From Phoronis australis (Eukaryota; Animalia; Phoronida), in NCBI GenBank assembly GCA_002633005.1, contig NMRA01000367.1, positions 374,578 through 438,577 on the forward strand: a stretch of 64,000 nt of DNA. Direction: 5' to 3'. The notes beneath the pieces were generated by a model that saw nothing but the letters and a program-made list of their open reading frames with translations, was not told where the DNA came from and ran no database searches. The position numbers and the translations under genes were made by a program. Each line of letters opens with the position of its first letter. Within the stretch, counting starts at the first letter, position 1. Below, piece by piece: positions 47,101-59,100 of this stretch.

Positions 47101-50100
47101 TTAAAATTTAATGAAAATCTGTTGCAGACCTTTGAAGATACAGCGTTAAACGTAAAAAACTAAAATTACCACTAGGGGGCACAGCAGTAGTCAGATCTGT
47201 CCGAAAGTCGTCGCCGTCCGTAGTCAACATCATATAAATACACTTGCTAAATTAAGTAAAGATCCTGCAAACAGTTTAGGAGACACAGCAATGAGCACAA
47301 AAAAATGCCACTACGAGGCGCCCTAGGAGTCGAAGTCAGAAAATCATCGTCAGCCATCCACTTCATAGTAAAAACATACATGTCAATTTTCACAATTATC
47401 CTGTTGGTTGATAGATTAGTGGATGCCAAAAAACTCGAAAACAGTAAAAATGGCCACTAGGTGGTGCAAACTAGGTCGAATTCATCTGAAAACGGAGAGA
47501 TAGCGACACCTCATTAATAGATGCCTATATGCCAAATTTTATGAAAATACGATGACGACCTTTAAAGATACAGACGGAGGTTAAATTGCCACTAAGTGGC
47601 ACACCAGTTGTAAGATCTGTCCGAAAATCATCGTCTGTTGATAACATCATATAAATATACTTACTAAATTTGGTAAAGATCCTATGAACGGTTTAGGTGC
47701 AAAAAAACAAAACTGCCACCAGGAGGCGCCAGAGTAGTCGAAATTGTCGGAAAATCATCGTCAACCGTCCTCTTAATAGTAAGAACAATTACATGCCAAT
47801 TTTCACTATCATCCGTTGATAGAGGGGCGGACGCAAAAACAGTAAAATGGCCACTAGGTGGTGCAAACTATGTCGAATCCATCCGAAAACAAGAGGATAG
47901 CGTCATCTCACTAATAGGTGCCTACATACCAAATTTCATGAAAATCCATTGTAAACTTTTGAAGATACAAAGGTAAGCGTAAAAAACTAAAATTGCCACT
48001 AGGAGGCACACCGGTAGTCGGATCCGTCCAACAGTTTGCTCATGCCGTCCCATTCACGAATGGAACATATGTGCTGAATTTCATGAACGTATATCAAAGG
48101 GTTTTGGAGATAGAGCAGCGAACGCCGGATGCTGGACGGACGTCGGATGCCGGCCGGACGCCGGACAGACGGAGATGACGGCATAATGCGTCCACATATC
48201 AATATGTGGGCCAATAAAAAGGCTCACTTTTAATCATCAGGTGTGTCCAAAGGGAACAGGTTCAAACCTGCTCAGGAATATCCTTGCACAGGTGATACAC
48301 ACAAATTGACACACCACATCACTATACATACACACATAGCACATCACTGTACACACACAGCACATCACTGTACACACATAGCACATCACTGTACACACAC
48401 ACTGCACATCACTGTACACACGTAGCACATTACTGTACACACGTAGCACATCACTGTACACACATAGCACATCACTGTACACACACGTAGCACATCACTG
48501 TACACACATAGCACATCACTGTACACACGTAGCACATCACTGTACACACGTAGCACATCACTGTACACACACATAGCACATCAGTGTACATACACTTGTC
48601 ATGTACCTTGTTAGGAACATACCGTAAACGTTCGGCAAATCCAAAAATTCGGGGGTGGGCGGTTAACCAAACATGGGCGCTTAAACGTGAAATTCCAAGA
48701 AATCAGGGGTGGGCAGTTAGCTGAACATGGGCGCTTATTACAACAGACAACTGCCCTGGGCGGTTTACCTTACCTTATGATCCCAGTCCCACACAACAAA
48801 TGTACTCGGAACACATAGCACTTTTCTCAAAGAGCTTCATCGTCACGTCGCCAAATATCGGTAAAAATGTCATAACAGCAGATGATCCCAACTCATGTTC
48901 TTTTGCCCTCAGATTAGTCATTCACAAGTAAAATCACAAAATTGGTGAGTAATAGCCCCGTGCCGCCCTAGTGCGATCTTATTAGAGATGTAGTTGTAAT
49001 GCGCAGACGACCAGTGACATAAACTTGGATTGCGACTATTCTCACGCGATGACACTGCAGAGGTCACAGCAGACATCAAATTTATGCTGTCAAGTTCCGA
49101 GTTAGAAAGCACTTTTAAAATTCAATGTAATAAAAGTTTCAAAAACTAATTAAGGCGTTTTTTGTGTGTTTGGGATGCTTATGTTCAAGACTCCGTGACT
49201 CAATAACATTTTCAATGTATGGTTCTGCGGCTAGCTGTTGTATCTCGACAGCCCGGCGTTGCTCACTTCCAGTTACGTAAAACATGCCACGCAAAGAAGA
49301 CGAGAATCGGGAGTAAGCAGACATGAGCCAGTCGTCAATCAAAAGTTACTCAAAAACTAGCACTTGCTATAGATTTTATTTTACAAAATACTAACATTAT
49401 GATTGGGCATGAGTCTAGTGAGCGCATACAATAGAGTCCGAGGAAAAATTCTTTGTTCGTATCTGCGGCTGTAAACAAATAATTCATAGACGATGCCCCA
49501 ATTTTTGGAGTAACCGGCACTTGTGGTTTGAACGGCTATACGACTTAAATTAGTAAAGAGCTCCAACTGGCAAAGCTTCCTTACCGAGTGAAACGGGATT
49601 CCACTCTCGGCAAAGAGAAATGCAGGTTGCATTGGCGACCTGAAATTTGGATATGCAAGCCGACATTATGGTCCTCTTGTATCTAGTCGCAACATGCCAC
49701 CTGGAATTCCAATGAACGTGCGCCGATTTTTGGCGGAATATAGAAACCTGGCACACATAAAGCATCTCGTGTGAATCTGGCCTTTATGTTGCCAAATCAA
49801 GTTGAATACTGATAGAGAACAAACAACCCTCTCATTGACATGTAAACATGTCGCGTGAACACGGGATGTAATTTAGAACCTATCTGTGACCCATTTCATT
49901 GGCTAATGTTTCGGTTACTTTTTCAATTTTCCGGATACGCCGAAGAAAGTTTCGAAGTACGGCATAAATATGGGATAAAGGTCACAAAACTGCAATTCAT
50001 TCTTAAACGACTAACTTACCAAACTTTATGGTGGAAAAAAATTATTTTACAGTCACACAATATGTACAGATTATCCTATTATATCACCTACAATATCGCA

Positions 50101-53100
50101 CTACGGCACTGGTCAGGCCTCGCTGTTAGCACGAAACTTATGCTTGCAGACAATCGCGGCTTGGAAATGCCGTCGAGTAATATATAACAGCCTCTTTCAA
50201 TACGCGTGTCGATTTTTTGTGGCAAAAGACAGTGGCAAGATTCAGCACACGCGTAAGTATCAGTCACCTGTCACTCACATGTTGTTGTCAAGGTAACGTG
50301 CACTCCAGAGTGTGGGAACTTAAGCACGTGGACCACTCCAACGTCGCACAAGATCAAAAGAGAACAGCGACAGTCCTAAGTAAAGGAGTATATCGACGTG
50401 ACTGTACTTTTAAGCTGCTGTTATAAAAGACCCAATGTTTTACGATATTCCTCAGTTCCAATGACCACCTGCGATTTCAAGTCTGTTCCAATATTTCCTG
50501 GCTTGATGTTCCCTAGGCCCGATGTTCTATGCCCGTAGCTAGCTGCGTGCACGTCATGACAACAGTCGCCAATTTTCAGTCAGTCTACATCGTAGATATT
50601 TCAGACTCGAACGGTAAGAATTTTGTTCAACCTGAAACTGGCCAATGTAGAAACAAAAATATTCGGAAATCTAAAAGGGGTAGGTGGATACGATAACTCA
50701 CAGTCACGCCTAGGTGGGGGGTTGATGCAAGAAATCATATTATAACAAACCGCCAGAGGCATTGGCGAAATCTGCTAACACCAGTTTGACTGAGATATAA
50801 GCAAAAAACAAAATTTGACTCACAGTTTTTTATTACTTCAAGATGATACACAAACATCCAGTCCCATATTGCCATCTTTTGAATTCAGAAATCGAGAGGC
50901 AGCAAATCAGTGACGCACACTGTCCCTTCGGTCGCCACACATCCTCCATAACCTGGCAGTTACATTCATCAAAATAGGGAAAATTTGACATCTTTCCGTG
51001 AGTTATGGGAAACCTTCAAAATACGAGAGCTTCCCACTTAAAGGGTTAGCAAAACCCTAGCGACATTTCTCTCGCCCGATTTTTTGAATATATGTTTTAT
51101 CTAGTGCACTGCAGACGGAAACTCAGCGTGGAAGACCGCATCGCTAAAAGGGAGGTATTGAAGACGGCAGGGTTCTTAAACTTCGTGAACATGGGAAGAA
51201 AATGAAGTGACAAAAACGTTAAAGTATTATATTTTGAAGTAAATCCATGACTCGGGACAACAGTTTGTTACTTATATTATAATTTACATTGCCAAACTGC
51301 CGGCTCGGAGGCCGTCGTTGCACTCATTGTTATCATCAATCTAAAAGTCGGGGAATGTGCGTTTCTTTAGCACTGGGCACTAAATCTTCAATCTTTAAAA
51401 GTCGGGGATGGGCACTTAAGCGAGAGGTGGGCGCTTAACTGGAAATCTTCAGAAATCGCAGAGGGGCGGTTAACCGAGCAGTGGGCGCTGAAATCGAAAA
51501 TCCACCTAAAGTAGGAGATGGGCGGTTAAGTGAGCATGGGCGTTAACCCGAACGTTTACGGTATATCTATTTCAGTAGCCTTGTCGTACCTACAACACAC
51601 ATTCACAACACAAAGTGGGTCACTATGTAACCAGCTGAAACTCTTTACCTCATTGTAAGCAATAGATGCAATTGCATTAGCCGTGTACCTGCCCACACCA
51701 GGCAGGTGACTTTGAAGCTCCTGTGATGTCCTTGGAACAGTCTCACTCAACTCATTGACCACCTAAAACACACACTTCACAATCAATTGACATGTAGTTA
51801 GCAATAGTTATAATACTAGCAATAGTTATAATACTAGCAATAGTTATAATACTAGCAATAGTTATAATACTAGCAATAGTTATAATACTAGCAATAGTTA
51901 TAATACTAGCAATAGTTATACTAGCAATAGTTATAATACTAGCAATAGTTATAATACTAGCAATAGTTATAATACTAGCAATAGTTATAATACTAGCAAT
52001 AGTTATAATACTAGCAATAGTTATAATACTAGCAATAGTTATAATACTAGCAATAGTTATAATACTAGCAATAGTTATAATACTAGCAATAGTTATAATA
52101 CTAGCAATAGTTATAATACTAGCAATAGTTATAATACTAGCAATAGTTATAATACTAGCAATAGTTATAATACTATCAATAGTTATAATACTAGCAATAG
52201 TTATAATACTAGCAATAGTTATAATACTATCAATAGTTATAATACTATCAATAGTTATAATACTATCAATAGTTATAATACTATCAATAGTTATAATACT
52301 ATCAATAGTTATAATACTATCAATAGTTATAATACTATCAATAGTTATAATACTATCAATAGTTATAATACTAGCAATAGTTATAATAAACTTTATCACA
52401 ACTTCACAATACATGCATCTTGTGGTCGACTTCCAAAAAAGACTTGAAAAATCCACTGACCTTGCAATCGCCAAACAAGACAAAGGTTGATGAACAAGAC
52501 AACACATTTAATTACAAGACCAACAGGGAGCGTTGAAATGCACTCACAACAGAAGCGGAAACGATGTGCTTTTATTAACGTAACAAGAGCAACGCGGAGC
52601 ATTGAAATGCGCTCACGAATCGCAAATGGTGTGCTTTTAGGGTTGTTTATTTGTATCATCGAAATGACCAGTGCATGGCGCAAAATATGTCAAATCCATC
52701 TGAAAACCAGAAAATGTCATTTTTTTAAAAGAAAGCCATTTACCAAATTTCATTAAAATTCGTCAAGAAACTTCAGAGAAACAAAGGAAAACGAAAAAAA
52801 TAAAATTGTCACTAGGGGACACAGTGTTCGTCGGATCTGTCTAAAAGTCGTCGTCTTCTCTTGTTAACTTCATATCAATACACGCGCTAAATTTAATAAA
52901 GATCGTGCAGAGGGCTTAGGAGATACATGTATGGGTGCAAAAATCAAAACTGCCACTAGGAGGCACCACTAGGAGGCGCCACAGTAGTGAAAGTCATCGG
53001 AAAATCATCGTCAACCGTCACCTTCACAGAAAGAGCATACACGCCAACTTTCACAATCATCCTTAGAGTGGTTTGGTTGACAGAAGGACGGACGCCAAAA

Positions 53101-56100
53101 AACAAACTCCAAAACAACAAACATGGCCACTACGTGGCGCATACTACGTTGAATCCATCCGGAAACAGGATAGTGTCACTTCACTAATAGATGTCTATGT
53201 GCCAAATTTTATAGAAATCCGTTGAAGACCTTTGAAGATACAGAGATAAACGTAAAAACTAAAATTGCCACTAGGAGGCACACCTGTACACTGATCTGTC
53301 CGACAGTCGTCGTCGTCCATTATCAACTTCATATAAATACATTTGCTAAATTTAATAAAGATCCTGTAGAACGTTTAGGAGATACAGCCATGGCCGCAAA
53401 AACAAACAAAACTGCCACTTGGAGGCGCCACATTAGTCGAAGTCGTCGGAAAATCATCGTAAACTGTGTTCTTCATAGCAAGAACACACATGCCAATTTT
53501 CACAATCATCCTAAGAGTAGTTTGGTTGTTAGAGGGGCCGACGCCAAAAAACGACTCGAAAATAGTAAAAATGGCCACTAGACGGCACAAAATGCCTCGA
53601 ATCCATCCAAAAACAGAAGGATAGTGTCAACTCATTAATAGATGCCTATGTGCCTAATTTCATGAAAGTCGGTTCAGGACTATTGAAGATACAGAGGCGA
53701 ACGTAAAAAAATAAAATTGCCACTAGGGGGCACAGCGGTACTCAGGTCGGTCCGAAACTCGTCGCCCCCTGTTGTCAACTCCATAGGAACACACCTGCCA
53801 AATTTCAATAAGATCCTGCAAGGGCTTTAGGAGATACAGCCGCGGACGCCAGATGCCCGGACGCACAGANAGCACATCACTGTACACACACAGCACATCA
53901 CTGTACACACCTTCAAACCTTCAAAATACGAGAGCTTCCCACTTAAAGGGTTGGCAAAACCATTGCGATATTTTTCTGGCCCGATTTTTCGAATATATGT
54001 TTTATCTAGTGCACTGCAGACAGAAACTCAGCGTGGGAGACCGCATCGCTAAAAGGGAGGTATTGAAGAAGGCAGGGTTCTTAAACTTCGTGAACATGGA
54101 AAGAAAATGAAGTGACAAAAACGTTCAAGTATTATATATTGAAGTAAATCCATGACTCGTGACAACAGTTTGTTACTTATATTATAATTTACATTCATTG
54201 CCAAACCGCCGGCTTGGAGGCCATCATTGCACTCATTATGATCCTCGATCTAAAAGTCGGGGAATGTGCATTTCTTTAGCACTGGGCGCTAAATCTTCAA
54301 TCTTTAAAAGTCGGGGATGGGCACTTAACTGAGAGGTGGGCGCTTAACTGGAAATCTTCAAAAATCGCAGAGGGGCGGTTAACCGAGCAGTGGGCGCTGA
54401 AATCGGAAATCCACCTGAAGTAGGGGATGGGCGGTTAAGTGAACATGGGCGTTAACCCGAACGTTTACGATATATCTATTTCAGTAGCCTTGTCGTACCT
54501 ACAACACACATTCACAACACAAAGTGGGTCACTATGTAACCAGCTGAAACTCTTTACCTCATTATAAGCAATAGATGCAATAGCATTAGCCGTGTACCTG
54601 CCCACACCAGGCAGGTGACTGAGAAGCTCCTGTGATGTCCTTGGAACAGTCTCACTCAACTCATTGACCACCTAAAACACACACTTCACAATCAATTGAC
54701 ATGTAGTTAGCAACAGTTATAATACACTTTATCACAGTTCACAATACATGCATCTTGTGGTCGACTCCAAAAAAAACTTGAAAAATCCACTGACCTTGCA
54801 ATCGCCAAACAAGACAAAGGTTGATGAACAAGACAACACATTTAATTACAAGACAGACAGGGAGCGCTGAAATGCACTCACAACAGAAGCGGAAACGATG
54901 TGCTTTTATTAACATAACAAGAGCAACGTGGAGCGTTGAAATGCGCCCACGAATGCATCGCAAATGGTGTGCTTTTAGGTTTATTTATTTGTATCATCCA
55001 AATGGACACTACATGGTGCAAAATACATCGAATCCATCTGAAAATCAGAAAATGTTTTTTTTTAAAAGAAAGCCATTTACCAAATTTCATTAAAATTTGT
55101 CAAGAAACTTAAGAGAAACGAAGGAAACTGAAAAAAATGAAATTGTCACTAGGAGGCACAGTATTCGTTGGATCTGTCTAAAAGTCGTCGTCTTCTCTTG
55201 TTAACTTTATATAAATTCGTGCTAAATTTAATAAAGATCGTGCAGAGGGCTTAGGAGATACAGGTATGGGTGCAAAAAAAATCAAAACCGCCACTAGGAG
55301 GCACCACTAAGATGCGCCACAGTGGTCAAAGTCATCGGAAAATCATCGTCAACCGTCCCCTTCATAGAAAGAGCATACATGCCAACTTTCACAATCATCC
55401 TTAGAGTGGTTTGGTTGACAGAGGTACGGAGGCCAAAAAAACAGACTCGAAAACAACAAAAATGGCCACCACATGGCGCATACTACGTCGAATCCATCCG
55501 AAAACGGGAGGATAGTGTCATTGCACTAATAGATGTCTATGTGCCAAATTTTATGGAAATCCGTTGAGGACCTTTGAAGATACAGACTGAGGTAAACGTA
55601 AAAAACTAAAATTGCCACTAGGGGGCACACCGGTACACTGATCTGTCTGAAAGTAGTCGTTGTCCGTTATTAACTTCATATAAATACATTTGCTAAATTT
55701 AAAAAAGATCCTGTAGAACGTTTAGGAGATACAGCCATGGCCGCAAAAACAAACAAAACTGCCACTAGGAGGCACCAGATTAGTCGAAGTCGTAAAATCA
55801 TCGTCAACTGTCTTCGTCCTAGTAAGAACACACATGCCAATTTTCACAATCATCCTTAGAGAAGTTTGGTTATTAGAGGGGCAGACGCCAAAAGCGACTC
55901 AAAAATAGTAAAAATGGCCACTAGATGGCGCAAAATGCATCGAATCCATCCAAAAACGGAAGGATGGCGTCAACTCATTAATAGATGCCTATGTGCCTAA
56001 TTTCATGAAAATCGGTTGAGGACTTTTGAAGATACAGAGGCGAACATAAAAAAATAAAATTGCCACTAGGGGAAACAGCAGTATTCAGGTTGGTCCGAAA

Positions 56101-59100
56101 CTCGTCGCCCTTTGTTGTCAACCCCATAGGAACACACCTGTCAAATTTCAGTAACATTCTGCAAGGGCTTTAGGAGATACAGCCGCGGATGCCAGGCGCC
56201 CGGACAGAGATGACTGCAATATGTGACCACATATAAATATGTGGGCGCATAAAAATGTGTCACACCAGTCCGAATTGAGATAGAGGTGCCATCTCTGACA
56301 CACACAGTTATTTGCTAAATTTCATGAAAACAAGCTAAGGAGCTCCTAAGATTTAGATGTAAAGGCAAAAAACAATTATCACTAGGGGGCACAACTATAG
56401 CTTGATTGGTCGAAAATTACTGTCATCTGTTGCCATGTCTATAGGAGCCCATCTGCCAAATTTCGCAAAGAAAGGTTAAGAAGGTACATTGATTCGTAGA
56501 TGCAAAAAGCCAATTTGCCCCTAGCGGGTGCCAGAATAGTCAAAAACATTTGAAAATCAACACCAGCTGGGGTCTTTGTATCAGGAACACAACGTTCAAT
56601 TTTCATAACGATCCTTTGAGTCGTTTGGCAGATGGAGAGACAGACGTCAAAAGTATAAGGTTTTATATAGCCACTAGGTGGCGCAGAAAACATCAAATCT
56701 GTCTGAAAATAGGAAGGCGTTGTCGTCTCCTTAATAGAAACTCCTTTGCCAAATTTCATGGATATACTTTAATGAACTCCGAAGATACAGAGGTAAACAT
56801 GAAAAAACATTTTGCTCCTAATGTGCACAGTGGTATTTGGATCAGTTCAACACTAGTTACAGTTAGTCATCAGCTCCATAGGAATGCATCTTTCAAATTT
56901 CAAAAAGTTCCTTCAAAGGGTTTAAGAGCTTCAGCAGCAGACGCAAAAAACACAAAATCGTCCTTTGGGGGGTGACACAGTAGGTGAACTTGTCTGAAAG
57001 TCAAAATCAGAGGTGGCCTCACCAGGAACACACCTGTAAATTTTCATGACGATCCTTTAAGCGGTATGACAGAGAGGGAGACGGATGCCACAAAACGGAT
57101 GCAAAAATAACAGAAGTGGCCACAAGGTGGCATAAAATCCATCAAGTCTGTCTGAAAATGGAATTACAACATCACATCCTTATTAAAAACCTATTTGCCG
57201 AATTTCACAAAAATCCATCATGGAACTCCGAAGATGCAAAGGTAAAAATTTAATACTCTCACTAGGAGGCACAGTGGTATTCAGATTGGTCCAAAACTCT
57301 TCGCCATCTGTCGTCAGATGCATAGAAACACACCTGCCAAATTTCAATAAGATCCAGTGTGGAAGTTAGGAGATAGAGCTGCGGATGCCGGACGCACAGA
57401 CAGATATGACTACAATATGAACCAACATATAAATATGTGCGCATTAAAGCACATAGTTATAAAGGTTCAGCCAAACAAAAGTAGCTGTTGTTACTTAGGG
57501 ATCTAACTTTCAAAACTAATTTTACTCAAAAACACTATAAATCAAAAGATAAAGAAAAAATGCAAAACAATGTTAGGCGATTAAAATAAAAAATGCAAAT
57601 AATATGCAAAATGTATTTTCATAATTTAATCATCAACCCACAAACCTTCTGAGCCCCTTCTAGTAATCTCCGTCCTCGTGAGTAATAACCAAGGCCTGAC
57701 CAAGCTTCATTAACCTCCTGCAATGAAATTATGTTAACATTTCATTATGTTAACATTACATTATGTTAACATTACATTATGTTAACATTACATTATGTTA
57801 ACATTACATTATGTTAACATTACATTATGTTAACATTACATTATGTTAACATTACATTATGTTAACATTACATTATGTTAACATTACATTATGTTAACAT
57901 TTCATTATAGGCTTGTTGATTAACAGCACAAGGCTCCCTGTCTTCGCTACTAAAATCTTCAATGACTGCAAATTAAAGACAAATATATGACTACAAAGAA
58001 ATGGAAAGATATGAAAACACAACACCATGCCAACAACTCACATTAACCGGAATTCATTGGATATAGGTCAGGGTGGTTGTTCCAAAAATGGCATTTTCAG
58101 GACAAATTCAAACAACTGACATATGCGTGCAGGCCCACAGAGGGCAGGGTCACCTATACACCAATGCATATCAATACAGAAGTCAGCACTTTAAACAAGA
58201 GCAGAGCGGTGATCTGTGTCCATTGTGTGCATTGCATATTCCCACTAAATGGAACAAAAATCCTACAGGGGGCTTAGGAGATACGGCCATGGATGCAAAG
58301 AAGCCATTAGGAGGAGCCACTGTTGCTGGAGCCGTCTGAAAATCATCGTCAGACATCTGAAAATCATCGTCACCCATGCTCTTCCCAGTAGGAATTTATA
58401 TGTCTGATTCAATTTTCATAGTAATCCTTACAGTGGTTTGGACTGCAGAGGTGCAGACAGCCAGGCTTGAAAACAGTAAAAATGGCCACTAAATGGCACA
58501 AAAAACATTGAATCTATTCAAAAATGGGAGGGTGTTGTCATCTTCCAAATAGATTACCTATTTGCCAAGTTTCATGAAAATTTGTTAAGGAACTCCAAAG
58601 TTACAGACGCATACGTAAAAAATAAAAATGCCACTAGGGTAGTATTACACACTGGTAATTGGATCTGTCCGAAAATTCGCTCATACTGTCCCATCAATGA
58701 CAGAATCATGTCTGTAAAATTTCATGACCATACACCAAGGGGTTTCGCAGATACAGCACGGTACACCAGAAGGACAGAGATAAAAAGGTATTACCGGAAA
58801 CATTCTGCTCAATAACACTGTAACAAGAGCAGTTTTTAAGTTAATGACAAAAAAATAATTTGGGATTAAGACAACTCAATGTAATAAACCAGCTTGAAGA
58901 ATTGTTCTTTACTCAAACTAGATTTGATTTCATAGATGATTAAGAAATGACAACTGTTTGCTTGAACCCCACCTGAATACACTGGCCTGTCACCGCAAGC
59001 CACTTTATATAAAAGCAAGCTCTCAACAAAGGCCTGAGCCCAAAAATCTCTTGAGTAGGCTAAGTGATTTGAACAGAAACTTAGTTCAACTGATGGCAGA

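Noticed and set aside
51752-52507. 251-aa IITIAS repeat ORF
   Set aside because: Translation of the 18-bp intronic VNTR
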